Shown here: positions 18,426 through 29,207 of the stretch, in pieces
How the letters are laid out: the number at the start of each line of letters is the position of its first letter
How positions within the stretch are numbered: the stretch's first letter is position 1
Source: Candidatus Latescibacterota bacterium
GTDB taxonomy: Bacteria > Latescibacterota > UBA2968 > UBA8231
Length of the DNA stretch: 64,000 nt
Assembly: GCA_965242865.1 (NCBI GenBank)
Contig: CBDETK010000013.1
Coordinates: 2,912,001-2,976,000, forward strand
Direction of reading: 5' to 3'
Position numbers and translations under genes: made by a program
Notes under the pieces: model-generated
What the model was told of the DNA's origin: nothing
The model's database searches: none
What the model saw: only the letters and a program-made list of their open reading frames with translations

Positions 18426-20924
18426 TCAACGTCCCATTCTCCTAATCCCGCGCAGCGCACCGCGCTCTCCCGGGTCTATTTCTCGCGCCCGCGCAAAGGC
18501 CGCCGCGGCGTGCGCTCCATCTTTTTCGAGTAGGGCAATCGTTCCGAGCACGGTGTGCCGGCGGGCGGCAAAACGCCGCTCGAGCGTTTGGACAACCTCT
18601 GGGGGCGTGGCTGCCGATAGGTAGGGGCGCGGGTTGGTAACTAGGTGCTCAACCAAGCTCTTGAGCACGGGGAGGCCACCGCTGGTGCCGCGGCGGCCGC
18701 GGTCGGTAAAGCTGATGTACGGGCGGTCGTCTGTGTTGATCGGCCCGCTGCCCGCGTAGGCGGCTAGCTCCTTTTCGCCCAAGACGAAGGTACTCAAAAA
18801 AGAGGGCGGATCGCCCAGATCCACCGAGCGCAAATTCACCCGCACCCCTAGCGGCTCTAGCTTGCGTTCGAGCGCAACGTAGTCTAGGTGCAATGCGCCC
18901 GGCGTGCCCAACAGGATCGAGTACTGGTGGGTCAGCCACAGCGAAGCGTGCGGATACACGGCCCGGAAAGTTCGCAGAATCATCTTGTAGTCCTCCACCG
19001 CCAGCCCGTGCAGCGGCAGCCACTGCGCTACCAGTCCGTCCGCGCCGACGCGCCCGCGGCAGAGCCGGTAGAACTCCTCCGTATAGAGCACCCAGCTATC
19101 GGCCGTGCCCGGATGCGTGGCGTCGCAGATGATGACGTCGTATTGCCGCTGCGAGCGGAGTACATGGTTGCGGCCGTCCTCGGCGATCAGTTCGATGGGG
19201 GCTTGGCCGAGGCGGGTCGCGATCTGGCGGTTGTAGCGAGCGAAATAGGGCGCGGCTCGCGGGACGCCCGGCACCAATTCGGCGCAATCGAGTCGCACTA
19301 ACTGGTGCAATTCGGCGGCGGACAGCGTGATACCACCGCCAAAAGCAATGACCAGCACTTCGGCTGGGTCGGGGTGCAAAACGAGCGGCAAGTGCCCCAG
19401 CAAGCGGAAGGTCTGTAGCGAGGCGTAGTCCGTGGGGACCTCGCCGCCCCCGTTGACCTTGAGAATCCGCACCCCGTCCTGCTTCTGGTGGACCGAGACG
19501 GTGGCACCAGCCCCCTCGTCCCAGTAGAGCAAGCGGCTGTTTGGCTCAGACCAGTGGAACAACTCGACGAAGAGGCCAGCCGGCAAGAGCAACGTCAAGG
19601 CCAAGCCCAAAGCCAAGCCACAGGTCGCCCGCCCGGCCTTTTTGCGCGGCCGGGCCGCTGGATCCAGCACCAAAATCACCGCGCCAATGGCGATATTGAT
19701 CCACGCCAACACCTCGATGCTCCGGTAGGTGCCCAGCAGAGGCAGCAGCACAAACCCGGCGACCAGTGCGCCGACAATGGCCCCCAGCGTATTAGCGGCG
19801 TACACCATGCCGACGCCGCGCCCTAGCTGCTCAATCCGCAGAATGCACACCTTGGCCGCAATGGGGAAGAGCAGCCCCATCAGCAGGGTCGCTGGGAGCA
19901 TTACGACGAAGGCCGCGACGAACAGCTTGGACAGATGGCCCTCCCACGAGAGGGCACCCCCCCACGCCTCGACGATATAGGGGATGCTGCCAAAGGCGGC
20001 AATCGAGCTCAAGCCGCACCCCCCGATGAGCAACTCGACCGCGCCAAAGACCGCAAGCGGTGTGCGCCAGCGATCGATCCAGTGCGCTCCGAGCGCGGCT
20101 CCACCCGCCAATCCGAGCAGGAAGGCGACGAGGATTGTGCTCAGGCTTTGGGCAGTGGCACTTTGCAACAGCAGCGCCAAAAGCCGCGTCCACAGCACCT
20201 CGTATCCGAGGGCCACAAACCCCGAAAGCGCGAATCCCCCCAAGACCAGCCGACTCTCTAAGGTGGCTGGTGCGGCATCCCGCTCTACGCCCGGCTGCTC
20301 CTGCGGGCCATCGCGGCTCCAGCCATAGGCGACTAAGGCGATGAGCAGGTTGCTGGCCGCGGCCGCGTAGGTAGTGCCGCGGACTCCGAGGTGTTCGAGC
20401 GCGAAAAAGGCGGCCACCGCGCATCCTGTGGCCGCGCCTAGGGTATTGGCCGCGTATAGGCGTCCCATATCCCCGCCGACGCGCCCTAGACGATGCGCCA
20501 CAGCTTTGCTCAGCGTCGGCAGGGTGGCCCCCATGAGGGTCGTCGGCACCAGCAGCAGTGCGAACGCGAGCAGCAAGCGGACCAGCACAAAGGCTCCGTC
20601 TATACCTTGCAAAGAGCCGTATAGTGCCGTGTACACCTCGTCTAAGCCCGCGAGCAAAAGCGGGAATATCAGCGCGAAGACCCCTATGCCCAGTTCCAAC
20701 AGCGCGTAGAGCCGCAAGCCGTTGCCGCGGCGGTCGGCTATCCGTCCACACCAATAGCTGCCTAGGGCGAGACCGGCCATGAAGGCGGCTAGGACCGTGC
20801 TGACGGCAAAGGTGCTGACGCCGAATACGGGCATCAACATCCGCACCCAGACGACTTGATAGACAAGGGAGTTGGCTCCAGAACAAAAGAACAGGAGCAG
20901 CAGGGCTAGGGGGGGGTTGCTCAC
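18426..20924 (-). CDS. Fused membrane domain / spermidine-synthase-like methyltransferase-fold protein
   Basis: Duplicated SG...L.Y(Q/E)V.W.R and LYAANTLGA membrane repeats; VLVIAFGGG, EDGRN, YDVII.D, QWLP. Confidence 0.88.
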   Translation of the reverse strand: MSNPPLALLLLFFCSGANSLVYQVVWVRMLMPVFGVSTFAVSTVLAAFMAGLALGSYWCGRIADRRGNGLRLYALLELGIGVFALIFPLLLAGLDEVYTALYGSLQGIDGAFVLVRLLLAFALLLVPTTLMGATLPTLSKAVAHRLGRVGGDMGRLYAANTLGAATGCAVAAFFALEHLGVRGTTYAAAASNLLIALVAYGWSRDGPQEQPGVERDAAPATLESRLVLGGFALSGFVALGYEVLWTRLLALLLQSATAQSLSTILVAFLLGLAGGAALGAHWIDRWRTPLAVFGAVELLIGGCGLSSIAAFGSIPYIVEAWGGALSWEGHLSKLFVAAFVVMLPATLLMGLLFPIAAKVCILRIEQLGRGVGMVYAANTLGAIVGALVAGFVLLPLLGTYRSIEVLAWINIAIGAVILVLDPAARPRKKAGRATCGLALGLALTLLLPAGLFVELFHWSEPNSRLLYWDEGAGATVSVHQKQDGVRILKVNGGGEVPTDYASLQTFRLLGHLPLVLHPDPAEVLVIAFGGGITLSAAELHQLVRLDCAELVPGVPRAAPYFARYNRQIATRLGQAPIELIAEDGRNHVLRSQRQYDVIICDATHPGTADSWVLYTEEFYRLCRGRVGADGLVAQWLPLHGLAVEDYKMILRTFRAVYPHASLWLTHQYSILLGTPGALHLDYVALERKLEPLGVRVNLRSVDLGDPPSFLSTFVLGEKELAAYAGSGPINTDDRPYISFTDRGRRGTSGGLPVLKSLVEHLVTNPRPYLSAATPPEVVQTLERRFAARRHTVLGTIALLEKDGAHAAAAFARAREIDPGERGALRGIRRMGR

Positions 20925-20965
20925 GGCCGACTCTTTAGTATGGCAAGGGGCAGATTGCTTTTAAG

Positions 20966-21282
20966 AAGCTGTCTGAAAACTATATTTTGCCTCGATAGCC
21001 GCCAGTGCCCCACAGTTTGCGTAACCGAGGTATGCCGGCACCCGATAGCGGGTCAACCCTTGCTTCAAGCCCGCCCGGTCTTCGACATCGGCGGCGGTGA
21101 CCCCGACCTGTCGAAGCAAGCCCAAGGAGTCGACCAACAATACCCTTGACGATCGGGCGACGATCGCACGGCGACCGATCCGGACCGGTGGGACGCCAAA
21201 TCGGAGCCGGCCGTAACGGTTCGAGCAGCGGCCATTGCGCATCGGTTACATCGGTGGCATATTGACCGCTCGGCGTACTCAT
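20966..21282 (-). mobile_element. IS5-family transposase relic
   Basis: YATDVTDAQWPLLEPL (IS5 N-terminus) and, in another frame, LLVDSLGLL..V.VTAA.VEDR.G then FQTAS*; end sequence TAAGAAGCTGTCTGAAAA. Large internal deletions. Confidence 0.75.
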
Positions 21283-21570
21283 TATTACTCATAATCGCGT
21301 ATGTACTCCAAACGATAAACCTATCAAAGCCCGAGGCACGGCGGGCCTAAATAGCAACCCGGTTCGTTATGGTATTTTCGCATCGCCGGAAACAGAAGCG
21401 GCGTTCATCCCAAAGGATATTCGCGCCGTGGTCTTAGCTCTGCGGAGTGCGTGGTTTTGGGGCGAACCGCGAAATTGATTGAGCGTGTAGCAGGTGCTCT
21501 ACGTGATGCCAGTTATAAAGCATATCTATCCATCTCAGTTCTTGGCCGAGATGGGCATAGGAGGCGACAA

Positions 21571-22614
21571 ATGACGTGTCGGCTTCCGGCCTCCGGTACG
21601 CCCCCTCCCCTCCTCGATGTCCACGACCTGAGCGTCCGCATCGCCCGCGACGAGGGCGTGGTGCGGCCGCTCAACGGCGTCAGTTTCCGCATCAACGCCG
21701 GCCAAGCCGTGGGCATCGTCGGCGAAAGCGGGTGCGGCAAGACCATGACGTCCAACGCCCTGCTGCAAATTTTGCCGCCGGCCGCCGAGATTACCAGCGG
21801 CCACATCCGCTACCGACGCAAGCTGGACGAGCGCGAGCTCGACCTCGCCGCACTCGCCGCGCACAGCGACGAGATGCACCAGATCCGCGGCGGCGACATT
21901 TCCATGATCTTCCAAGAGCCTATGACGGCGTTCTCGCCGGTTCACACGATTGGCAACCAGATCGCCGAGATGATCCAGCTCCACGACGAGCTGTCCTCAG
22001 AAGCAACGCGGCAGCGGGTCGTGGAGTTGTTGCACTTGGTCGGCATCCCCGAGCCGCAGGACCGCGCGGCCGATTATCCCTTCCAGCTTTCGGGCGGGAT
22101 GCGCCAGCGGGCGATGATCGCCATGGCGCTGGCGAGCAACCCGCGGCTGTTGATCGCCGACGAGCCGACTACGGCCCTCGACGTGACCGTGCAGGCGCGA
22201 GTGCTCAAGCTGATCCAGCGGCTCCAGCGCGAGTTGGGGTTGGCGCTCATGCTGATTACCCACGATTTAGGCGTGATCGCGCACACAGTTGAGTACGTCT
22301 ATGTGATGTACCTGGGGCGGATCGTCGAAGAGGGGCCAGTCGCCGCAATTTTTGACCGCCCGGCACACCCTTATACGGCGGCCCTGTTGCAATCCATCCC
22401 CAGCCTGACCGGCAGACGCCGGCGCGTCGAGCCGATTGAGGGCAGCGTTCCCAGCGCGTACGCCCTGCCCGCAGGATGCCCCTTCCACACCCGCTGCGCG
22501 AAAAAGGTCGGTCCTATCTGCGAGCAGCACATGCCGGCGGCGGTCGAAATGGGGCCGCACCACCGCGCCCGTTGTTTCATCCACACCCAAGAAGGGGACG
22601 CGCCCCATGCCTAA
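21571..22614 (+). CDS. Oligopeptide/dipeptide ABC transporter ATP-binding subunit (OppD/DppD-like)
   Basis: [37 protein letters not shown]; start chosen after GGAGG. Confidence 0.92.
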   Translation: MTCRLPASGTPPPLLDVHDLSVRIARDEGVVRPLNGVSFRINAGQAVGIVGESGCGKTMTSNALLQILPPAAEITSGHIRYRRKLDERELDLAALAAHSDEMHQIRGGDISMIFQEPMTAFSPVHTIGNQIAEMIQLHDELSSEATRQRVVELLHLVGIPEPQDRAADYPFQLSGGMRQRAMIAMALASNPRLLIADEPTTALDVTVQARVLKLIQRLQRELGLALMLITHDLGVIAHTVEYVYVMYLGRIVEEGPVAAIFDRPAHPYTAALLQSIPSLTGRRRRVEPIEGSVPSAYALPAGCPFHTRCAKKVGPICEQHMPAAVEMGPHHRARCFIHTQEGDAPHA

Positions 22615-23629
22615 AGCAGCCGCAGACGTCCTCCTGCAAGTGCGGGAGTTAAAAAAGTACTTTCCCGTGCGCCGGGGGCTTTTACAGCGGCAGACGGGTT
22701 GGGTAAAGGCCGTGGATGGCGTGAGCTTCGCGCTCGCCGAGGGCAAAATTTTGGGGCTGGTTGGCGAGAGCGGGTGCGGCAAGACCACCACCGGGCGGGT
22801 AATTCTCCGCGCCCTAGACCCAACCGCCGGGGCGGTCCTCTTTCGGCAACAGAGCGGGGAGGTCGTCGATATGGCCCAGCTCGGCCGCCGCCAAGTCGTT
22901 CAAGCTCGCCGGCAGATGCAGATGATTTTCCAAGACCCGTACTCGTCGCTAAACCCGCGAATGCCGGTGCGCGACCTAATCGCCGAACCGCTCCGGGCGT
23001 ATGGCTGGTCCGCGCACGACAGCCACGAGCGCGTGCGCGACCTGATGGAGCGGGTCGGGCTAGACCCCCGATATGCGCGTCGCTATCCGCATGCGTTCTC
23101 GGGCGGCCAGCGGCAGCGCATCGGCATTGCCCGCGCCTTGGCCTTGAGCCCGTCGCTCATCGTCGCCGACGAACCCGTCTCCGCGCTCGACGTCAGCGTG
23201 CAAGCGCAGATTCTCAACTTGCTCCGCCAACTGCGGGCCGACCTCGACCTCACCTTGCTCTTTATTGCCCACGACCTGAGCGTGGTGCGCTATCTCTGCG
23301 ACGAAGTGGCCGTCATGTACCAAGGCCGGATCGTGGAACAAGCCGCCACCGAAACCCTCTTTACCCAACCCCAGCACCCCTATACGGCCGTATTGCTTGA
23401 GGCCGCGCCCGCGCCCGATCCCCACGCCTCGTGGATGGAGGACGACGAAGACGTCAGCGAGGCCGGGGAACCAACGCCGGCCGGCGACCCAGGATGTGCG
23501 TTCGCGCCGCGCTGCCGCTACAAAAGCGAGTTGTGCATCGAGCAAAGGCCGGTGCTGGAGGGCGAATCGCATCGGGCCGCCTGCCACCACAAACGCACGC
23601 TCGAACTAAAGGGAATTGACCCGGCTTAG
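22607..23629 (+). CDS. Oligopeptide/dipeptide ABC transporter ATP-binding subunit (OppF/DppF-like)
   Basis: [39 protein letters not shown]. Confidence 0.92.
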   Translation: MPKAAADVLLQVRELKKYFPVRRGLLQRQTGWVKAVDGVSFALAEGKILGLVGESGCGKTTTGRVILRALDPTAGAVLFRQQSGEVVDMAQLGRRQVVQARRQMQMIFQDPYSSLNPRMPVRDLIAEPLRAYGWSAHDSHERVRDLMERVGLDPRYARRYPHAFSGGQRQRIGIARALALSPSLIVADEPVSALDVSVQAQILNLLRQLRADLDLTLLFIAHDLSVVRYLCDEVAVMYQGRIVEQAATETLFTQPQHPYTAVLLEAAPAPDPHASWMEDDEDVSEAGEPTPAGDPGCAFAPRCRYKSELCIEQRPVLEGESHRAACHHKRTLELKGIDPA

Positions 23630-23664
23630 AAGGCCGGTTCCCACGGCTCCCGCGAAAATTTCCA

Positions 23665-23762
23665 TTGACAAGAAATTGGCAATAGCATATCCTATACGGG
23701 TGTTTGACATATAAAACAAATGGTTATATTAGATAACATTATTTTTATATAATAATCATCTG
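23665..23762 (+). promoter_or_regulatory. Sigma70-type promoter region with possible iron-regulator box
   Basis: TTGACA (23665)-17 nt-TATCCT; second TTGACA at 23704; AT-rich GATAAC...ATAATAATCAT tract upstream of iron-uptake genes. Confidence 0.55.
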
Positions 23763-23795
23763 TGTTGTCTGTATAACTAAACCCCCCGAGGCCGG

Positions 23796-25046
23796 ATGCG
23801 CTCCATTCCTCCACAGCCGGTTATTGCCGCGGCTGCCCTGCTCCTAATCGCCTGCGCTACGGCGCATTCTGAGGCCGCGCAAAAAAAGCCTCTCCACATA
23901 GAGGGCTACGGCGAGCTCATGTACTCCCACTTCGATTTTGGGCCGGACCAAAAGAGCGGCCCGCACGGTTCCCCACCGGACAGCCGCGCCGTCATCGACG
24001 TCACCCGCCTCGCGCTGGAGTTGGAAGTCGAGCTGCTCAAAGACGTCGAGCTGGAGGCCGAAATAGAGTTTGAGCACGGTGGGGCCGGGGCCGCGCTGGA
24101 ATTGGAATTTGAAGAGTTCGGCGAATTTGAGCAGGAAATAGAAAAAGGAGGCGAAGTCATCGTCGAGGAGCTGGCCGTCACCAAGAAGTTCAGCGACGTC
24201 CTGTCGGTGCGCTTGGGGCATTTCTACGTGGCCGTAGGCTATTTGAGCCACTACTTCCGGCCAACCGACTTCTTTGGCACGCGGCGGTCCGAAGCCGAAA
24301 CGTCCGTCATCCCCAGCCTCTGGCACGAAACCGGCGTGGAGCTGTCCGGGCACTACCGAGGCTGGTCTTACCAGCTCCAGCTAGTCAACGGGTTGGACGC
24401 CACCGGCTTTAGCAGCCAGCACTGGATTGTCGGCGGCCAACAAAAGCGCTTTGAAACCATTCAGGCCACCAACATGGCCGGCGTCGTCCGCTTGGATTAC
24501 CAACTCGCGCCCCAGCTCGTGCTGGGCATTGCTGGCTACCGCGGCGACAGCGCCGACAATCGCCCCAAGCCCGACATGGAGGGGATCGACGCGCATGTCT
24601 CCATTTTCGATGTGCACGGAGCACTGACTTGGGGCCGCTTGCGAGCGCGCGGGCTATACCTGCGTGGGCATTTGCAAAATGCAGCCGTTGTCAGTGCGCG
24701 CAATCGCACGCTTTCCAACAATCTAGAGGTATTGCGCTCGCCCGTGGCCGAAGGGGCCTACGCGGCGTTTGTCGAAGTCGGCTGGGATCTGCTGCCCTCG
24801 CTGGTGGCCCAACCACGCGCCCGGCTAGACGTGTTTTTTCGCTTCGACGCCTACGACACCATGGCCGCGGTCCCGGCGCAGACCTTTGACAACCCGCGCT
24901 TTGAGCGCACCGTCTATACTGTGGGCGCGAACTACAACCTCGAAGATACCGTGGTGCTCAAAGCCGACTACGCCATGCGGCGGCTAGGGGCCGATCACTT
25001 TAACGACGAAAATACCCTGAGCATTGGGCTGGGGTTTCAATTCTGA
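23796..25046 (+). CDS. Outer-membrane beta-barrel (porin) of an iron-uptake operon
   Basis: Signal peptide, GYGE..Y, EIEFEHG, P..W.E.G, C-terminal GFQF. Confidence 0.8.
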   Translation: MRSIPPQPVIAAAALLLIACATAHSEAAQKKPLHIEGYGELMYSHFDFGPDQKSGPHGSPPDSRAVIDVTRLALELEVELLKDVELEAEIEFEHGGAGAALELEFEEFGEFEQEIEKGGEVIVEELAVTKKFSDVLSVRLGHFYVAVGYLSHYFRPTDFFGTRRSEAETSVIPSLWHETGVELSGHYRGWSYQLQLVNGLDATGFSSQHWIVGGQQKRFETIQATNMAGVVRLDYQLAPQLVLGIAGYRGDSADNRPKPDMEGIDAHVSIFDVHGALTWGRLRARGLYLRGHLQNAAVVSARNRTLSNNLEVLRSPVAEGAYAAFVEVGWDLLPSLVAQPRARLDVFFRFDAYDTMAAVPAQTFDNPRFERTVYTVGANYNLEDTVVLKADYAMRRLGADHFNDENTLSIGLGFQF

Positions 25047-25085
25047 AAGCTGGGCTTTCAATTCCACCAAAAGGAGCTGCTCATC

Positions 25086-26150
25086 ATGCGAACCACCTTC
25101 TCTTCCTATCTGGCCGCTTGCAGCGTACTGCTGTTCGCCGGCTGCGGCGATGACGACGAGACCGCTGTCGGCCCGTCGGAATCGTTCAATTTTTCGCCGA
25201 TTCTGAATGACTTCACCGACAAGGTCATCATTGCCACCTACGCGGATCTCGACGAGCAGGCCGGGGAGCTTTTGGCCGCGGTCGAGGCCCTGCAAGCCGA
25301 TCCTACGGCTGCAACCCTCTCCGCCGCTCAAGACGCTTGGGTGGCCACGCGCATCCCTTGGGAAGCCAGCGAGGGGTTCCTCTTTGGCCCGGTGGATTTC
25401 AACGGCTACGATCCATCGCTAGACAGTTGGCCGGTCAATCGCATTGACCTCGATGGGGTGCTGGCCAGCGACAGCGACTTGACCGCGGAGTACGTGGGTG
25501 GGCTGGACGGAACGCTCAAGGGCTTTCACACCATTGAGTACCTGCTTTTTGGCGAAGGGCGCAGTAAGACCGCGGCCGATTTGACGGAGCGCGAGTTCGC
25601 TTACCTGATTGCCACCACTCAACACCTCAAGGCCACGGCTAGGGACCTGCACGCGAGTTGGATTGCCGATGGTGGCAACTTCGGCCAAAAGGTGCGCGAC
25701 GCCGGCCATGGCAGCGATGTCTATCCGTCCGCCCAGTCAGCGGTCCAAGAAATGGTCAACGGCATGATCGGCATCTGCGACGAGGTGGCCAACGGCAAAA
25801 TCGCCGACCCCTTTGTCGAGGAAGACCCCCGCCTCGTGGAATCCCAGTTCAGCTTCAACTCCATCGCCGACTTCCAAAACAACATCCGCAGCGTCCGCAA
25901 CGTCTATACCGGCGACTACGCGGGAACCGGCCGGGGCTTGGACGAATTCATCCGCCAGACTGACGCCGATCTAGATCAGCGGCTCAAGCTGGAAATCGAG
26001 ACCGCCATCGACGAGATTGGCCGCATTGAGCAGCCCTTCCGCGACGCCATTGCCTCCGATCGGGAGCAAATCGAAACGGCGCAGGCGGCCGTGGCCCGCA
26101 TCCAGCAGACCTTAGCGGAGGATATCCTGCCGCTGGTGTTGGGGAGTTAA
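25086..26150 (+). CDS. Imelysin (peptidase M75/IrpA-like) iron-regulated lipoprotein
   Basis: Lipobox FAGC; WE.SE.FLFGP, DSWP, GFHTIEYLLF, EVA..KI, ES.FS.NS..DF.NNI. Confidence 0.9.
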   Translation: MRTTFSSYLAACSVLLFAGCGDDDETAVGPSESFNFSPILNDFTDKVIIATYADLDEQAGELLAAVEALQADPTAATLSAAQDAWVATRIPWEASEGFLFGPVDFNGYDPSLDSWPVNRIDLDGVLASDSDLTAEYVGGLDGTLKGFHTIEYLLFGEGRSKTAADLTEREFAYLIATTQHLKATARDLHASWIADGGNFGQKVRDAGHGSDVYPSAQSAVQEMVNGMIGICDEVANGKIADPFVEEDPRLVESQFSFNSIADFQNNIRSVRNVYTGDYAGTGRGLDEFIRQTDADLDQRLKLEIETAIDEIGRIEQPFRDAIASDREQIETAQAAVARIQQTLAEDILPLVLGS

Positions 26151-26167
26151 ATTCGTCCTAGAGGAAA

Positions 26168-27562
26168 ATGGTCCTAACTCGTAAATCCGCACTCTATCCA
26201 CTTCTTTTTGGCGCCCTAGCCCACTGCGGCGACGACCGCGGTGGGCTGGGGCCGACGCCTGTACAGGACGACCGCCTGCTATCCGGTGGTGCGGCCACGG
26301 TGTTCGACGCCAGCAGCACGGCGTTTGAAAACCCCATCCCGGCACTGGACGGCTTGGAACTGGAACGCTTTTTGGCGGGCGATGCGGCCTTTGAGCAGGT
26401 CTTTGTCACCGCACCGGCCGAGGTGGGACATGGGCTGGGGCCGGTGTTCAATCAGACCTCGTGCGCTGGTTGCCACGCCCGCGACGGTCGCGGCCGAGCT
26501 GGGTTTGGCACCGACGCCCCCTTCATTGGCTCCATGCTCATGCGGATCAGCCTCCCGGGGCTCAATCCCCAAGTGCCCGGTGGGCCTCAGCCCGTGCCGG
26601 GGTTTGGCGAGCAAATCGGGGATCGCGCCGTGTTCGGGGTGGAACCCGAAGCGCGGATTGACCTGACCTACGTTGAGGAAACCCGCTATTTTGCCGATGG
26701 CCAAGTCTATTCGCTGCGCTTCCCCCAGTACGAAATAGTAGATGCCTATCGGCCCTTGCCCGCCGACGCGCTGTTCTCGCCGCGCATGGCGCCGCCGGTA
26801 TTTGGGCGCGGCTTGCTCGCCGCCATTCCCGAAGCGACGATTGTGGCGTACGCCGATCCCGGGGACCGCGATGGGGATGGCCTATCTGGCCGCCCCAACT
26901 GGGTCTATAACTTTCGCACCCAACAGGCCGAATTAGGCCGCTTCGGCCACAAGGCCAACAACCCGGACCTATTGCAGCAAGTCGCCCGGGCCTATCAGCA
27001 GGATATGGGTATTACCACCCCCTATTTTCCCGAGGAATCCGCAGCCGAGCAGCCGCAGGGGGATGGCCGCGAGGACGACCCCGAAATCGGCCAAGAAACG
27101 CTGGAGATCAACACCTTTTACGTGCAGACCTTGGCGGTGCCGGCGCGCCGCAACATCGACGATCCGCAGGTTGTGCGCGGCGAAGCACTTTTTGCTGAAG
27201 CCCAGTGCTCGGGCTGCCACCTTCCCACCTTGCAGACCGGCCGCCACGAGATTGCGGCCTTGGCCAACCAAACCATTCACCCCTATACGGACTTGCTGCT
27301 CCACGACATGGGGGAGGAATTGGCCGATGAGCGGCCCGACTTTGACGCCGATGGCCGCGAGTGGCGCACCCCGCCGCTGTGGGGAATTGGGCTGACGGCC
27401 ACAGTCAATGGCATTCCCGCGTACCTCCACGATGGCCGAGCGAGGACGCTCGTAGAAGCCATTATGTTCCACGGCGGCGAGGCCGAGAACGCGCGAGAAT
27501 TTGTGCGTCAACTCGATGCGGCCGACCGCGACGCGCTCATCGCCTTCTTGCAATCGCTGTAA
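26168..27562 (+). CDS. Di-heme oxidoreductase (DHOR) family protein
   Basis: GLGPVFN..SCAGCH, CSGCH, TDLLLHDMG, WRTPPLWG, YLHDGRART. Confidence 0.9.
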   Translation: MVLTRKSALYPLLFGALAHCGDDRGGLGPTPVQDDRLLSGGAATVFDASSTAFENPIPALDGLELERFLAGDAAFEQVFVTAPAEVGHGLGPVFNQTSCAGCHARDGRGRAGFGTDAPFIGSMLMRISLPGLNPQVPGGPQPVPGFGEQIGDRAVFGVEPEARIDLTYVEETRYFADGQVYSLRFPQYEIVDAYRPLPADALFSPRMAPPVFGRGLLAAIPEATIVAYADPGDRDGDGLSGRPNWVYNFRTQQAELGRFGHKANNPDLLQQVARAYQQDMGITTPYFPEESAAEQPQGDGREDDPEIGQETLEINTFYVQTLAVPARRNIDDPQVVRGEALFAEAQCSGCHLPTLQTGRHEIAALANQTIHPYTDLLLHDMGEELADERPDFDADGREWRTPPLWGIGLTATVNGIPAYLHDGRARTLVEAIMFHGGEAENAREFVRQLDAADRDALIAFLQSL

Positions 27563-27565
27563 TTT

Positions 27566-28480
27566 TCAGGCGTCATCCGCGTAGATCGCCACAATGCGCT
27601 GCAACAGGTCCAAAGCCTGTCCGCGCGCTCGCTGGAAAGCGTTGCGGCCGATAATGGAGCCAAAGCCGCCGCCAGCGCGGATGCCTGCGATTTCCTCGAG
27701 GATTTCCGCTTCGCCCTTGGCCGGGCCGCCCGAAAAGATCACCACGCGCCGCCCGTTGAACGCCGCTTGCACCACGTGGCTGACGCGCTCGGCCAAGGTG
27801 CTGGCCGGCACACCCGAATAGGCCGTGCGGGCTTCGCTCTGCTCGATGTGGGCCGTAGGCGGTTTGACCTTGATGATATGGGCCCCTAGCTGGGCGGCGA
27901 TTTGGGCGGCGTACGCGGTGACGTCAAGCCCGGTCTCCCCGTCCTTGCTCAAGTCCGTGCCGCGCGGATAGGACCAGACCACCACGACCAAACCGCACCG
28001 CTTGGCCTCTTCGGCCAAGACTTGCAGCTTTTCGTACATCTCCTGCCGCCGGGCCGAACCCGGATAGATCGTGTAGCCGATGCCAACGCAGCCCAAGCGC
28101 AGGGCGGCGTTGATGGAGCCGGTGAGCGACTGGGTGGGATCGGCATCGGAGTGCAGGTTTTCGCGGTTGTTGAGCTTGAGGATCAGCGGCAAATCGCCGG
28201 CAAAGTCGCGCCCGCCCGCTTCGAGGAACCCGAGTGGGGCGGCGTAGGCACTAAGGCCGGCGGCGATGGCCAGCTCAAAGTGATAGCGAGGATCGTACGC
28301 GGGCGGATTGGGGGCAAAGCTGCGCCCGGGCCCGTGCTCGACGCCCTGGTCGACGGGCAGGATGACCAGCTTGCCCGTGCCCCCGAGCGCACCGTGGTTG
28401 AGTAGGCGGGCCAAGTTGGTCAAGGTGCCGGGGTTGTCGCTGCCGTACCAGCTTAGAATTTCGCGGACGCGGTCTTGCAT
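27566..28480 (-). CDS. fbaB: Class I fructose-bisphosphate aldolase (DhnA type)
   Basis: ILPVDQG.EHGP, GYTIYPGS, WSYPRG, AAQLGAHIIKVK, SIIGRN.FQR. Confidence 0.92.
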   Translation of the reverse strand: MQDRVREILSWYGSDNPGTLTNLARLLNHGALGGTGKLVILPVDQGVEHGPGRSFAPNPPAYDPRYHFELAIAAGLSAYAAPLGFLEAGGRDFAGDLPLILKLNNRENLHSDADPTQSLTGSINAALRLGCVGIGYTIYPGSARRQEMYEKLQVLAEEAKRCGLVVVVWSYPRGTDLSKDGETGLDVTAYAAQIAAQLGAHIIKVKPPTAHIEQSEARTAYSGVPASTLAERVSHVVQAAFNGRRVVIFSGGPAKGEAEILEEIAGIRAGGGFGSIIGRNAFQRARGQALDLLQRIVAIYADDA

Positions 28481-28510
28481 TTTGTACCTTTCTCGCAGGT
28501 GAGGATGGAC

Positions 28511-28554
28511 AAAAGAAAAGCTCCTCTACCGCGCAAAGCGCGCTAGAGGAGCTT
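28511..28554 (-). terminator. Rho-independent terminator after tRNA-Asp
   Basis: Stem AAGCTCCTCTA / TAGAGGAGCTT followed by a T-run on the minus strand. Confidence 0.8.
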
Positions 28555-28561
28555 GATAAAA

Positions 28562-28638
28562 TGGCGGGGACGACGAGACTCGAACTCGCGACCTTCGGCG
28601 TGACAGGCCGACGTTCTAACCAACTGAACTACGCCCCC
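28562..28638 (-). tRNA. tRNA-Asp (GTC)
   Basis: GGGGGCGTAGTTCAGTTGGTTAGAACGTCGGCCT-GTC-ACGCCGAAGGTCGCGAGTTCGAGTCTCGTCGTCCCCGCCA; 77 nt with encoded CCA. Confidence 0.97.
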
Positions 28639-28667
28639 ATTCACTTGCAACTAAGGTAAGAGCCGGA

Positions 28668-29207
28668 CTACATGCTGTCAATGGCCGAGGCTTGGGCCTG
28701 CGCGGCACTCTCCTTTTTTAGCCGCTTGAGTGCCCCGCGCATGAGTTGGCGCTTGAGCGGGCTGAGGTAATCGATGAAGAGCTTGCCGTCGAGGTGGTCG
28801 ATTTCGTGCTGGAGGGCGCGGGCGTAAAAGCCATCGCCCGCGGTTTTGCAGGGCTGGCCATCGAGGCCAATGGCCTCGACTTCGACCCAAGCGCAGCGTT
28901 TGACGTCGCCGTACAGGTCGGGAAAGCTCAGACACCCCTCCTCGCCGACTTGCTCGCCTTCGTGACCCGTGATCCGGGGGTTGATCAAGGCTACGGGCTG
29001 GCAGTTCGGCTGATGGGCGGCTACGTCCACGACGCAGACCCGCTTGAGGACGCCAATCTGCGGAGCGGCCAGCCCGACTCCGGCCGCGGCGTACATGGAG
29101 TCGAAGAGGTCGGCGACGAGGGCGCGGACGGCGTCATCTACCACGGAGACCTCGGCGCAGGGCTGGCGGAGGCACGGCGACCCAAACAGCGCGATTTCGC
29201 GTTTCAT
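28668..29207 (-). CDS. def: Peptide deformylase
   Basis: GVGLAAPQIG, EGCLS, QHEIDHL. Confidence 0.97.
   Translation of the reverse strand: MKREIALFGSPCLRQPCAEVSVVDDAVRALVADLFDSMYAAAGVGLAAPQIGVLKRVCVVDVAAHQPNCQPVALINPRITGHEGEQVGEEGCLSFPDLYGDVKRCAWVEVEAIGLDGQPCKTAGDGFYARALQHEIDHLDGKLFIDYLSPLKRQLMRGALKRLKKESAAQAQASAIDSM

Noticed and set aside
28562-28638. tRNA-Asp as an island integration site
   Set aside because: No duplicated 3' end or integrase nearby; flanking genes are housekeeping.
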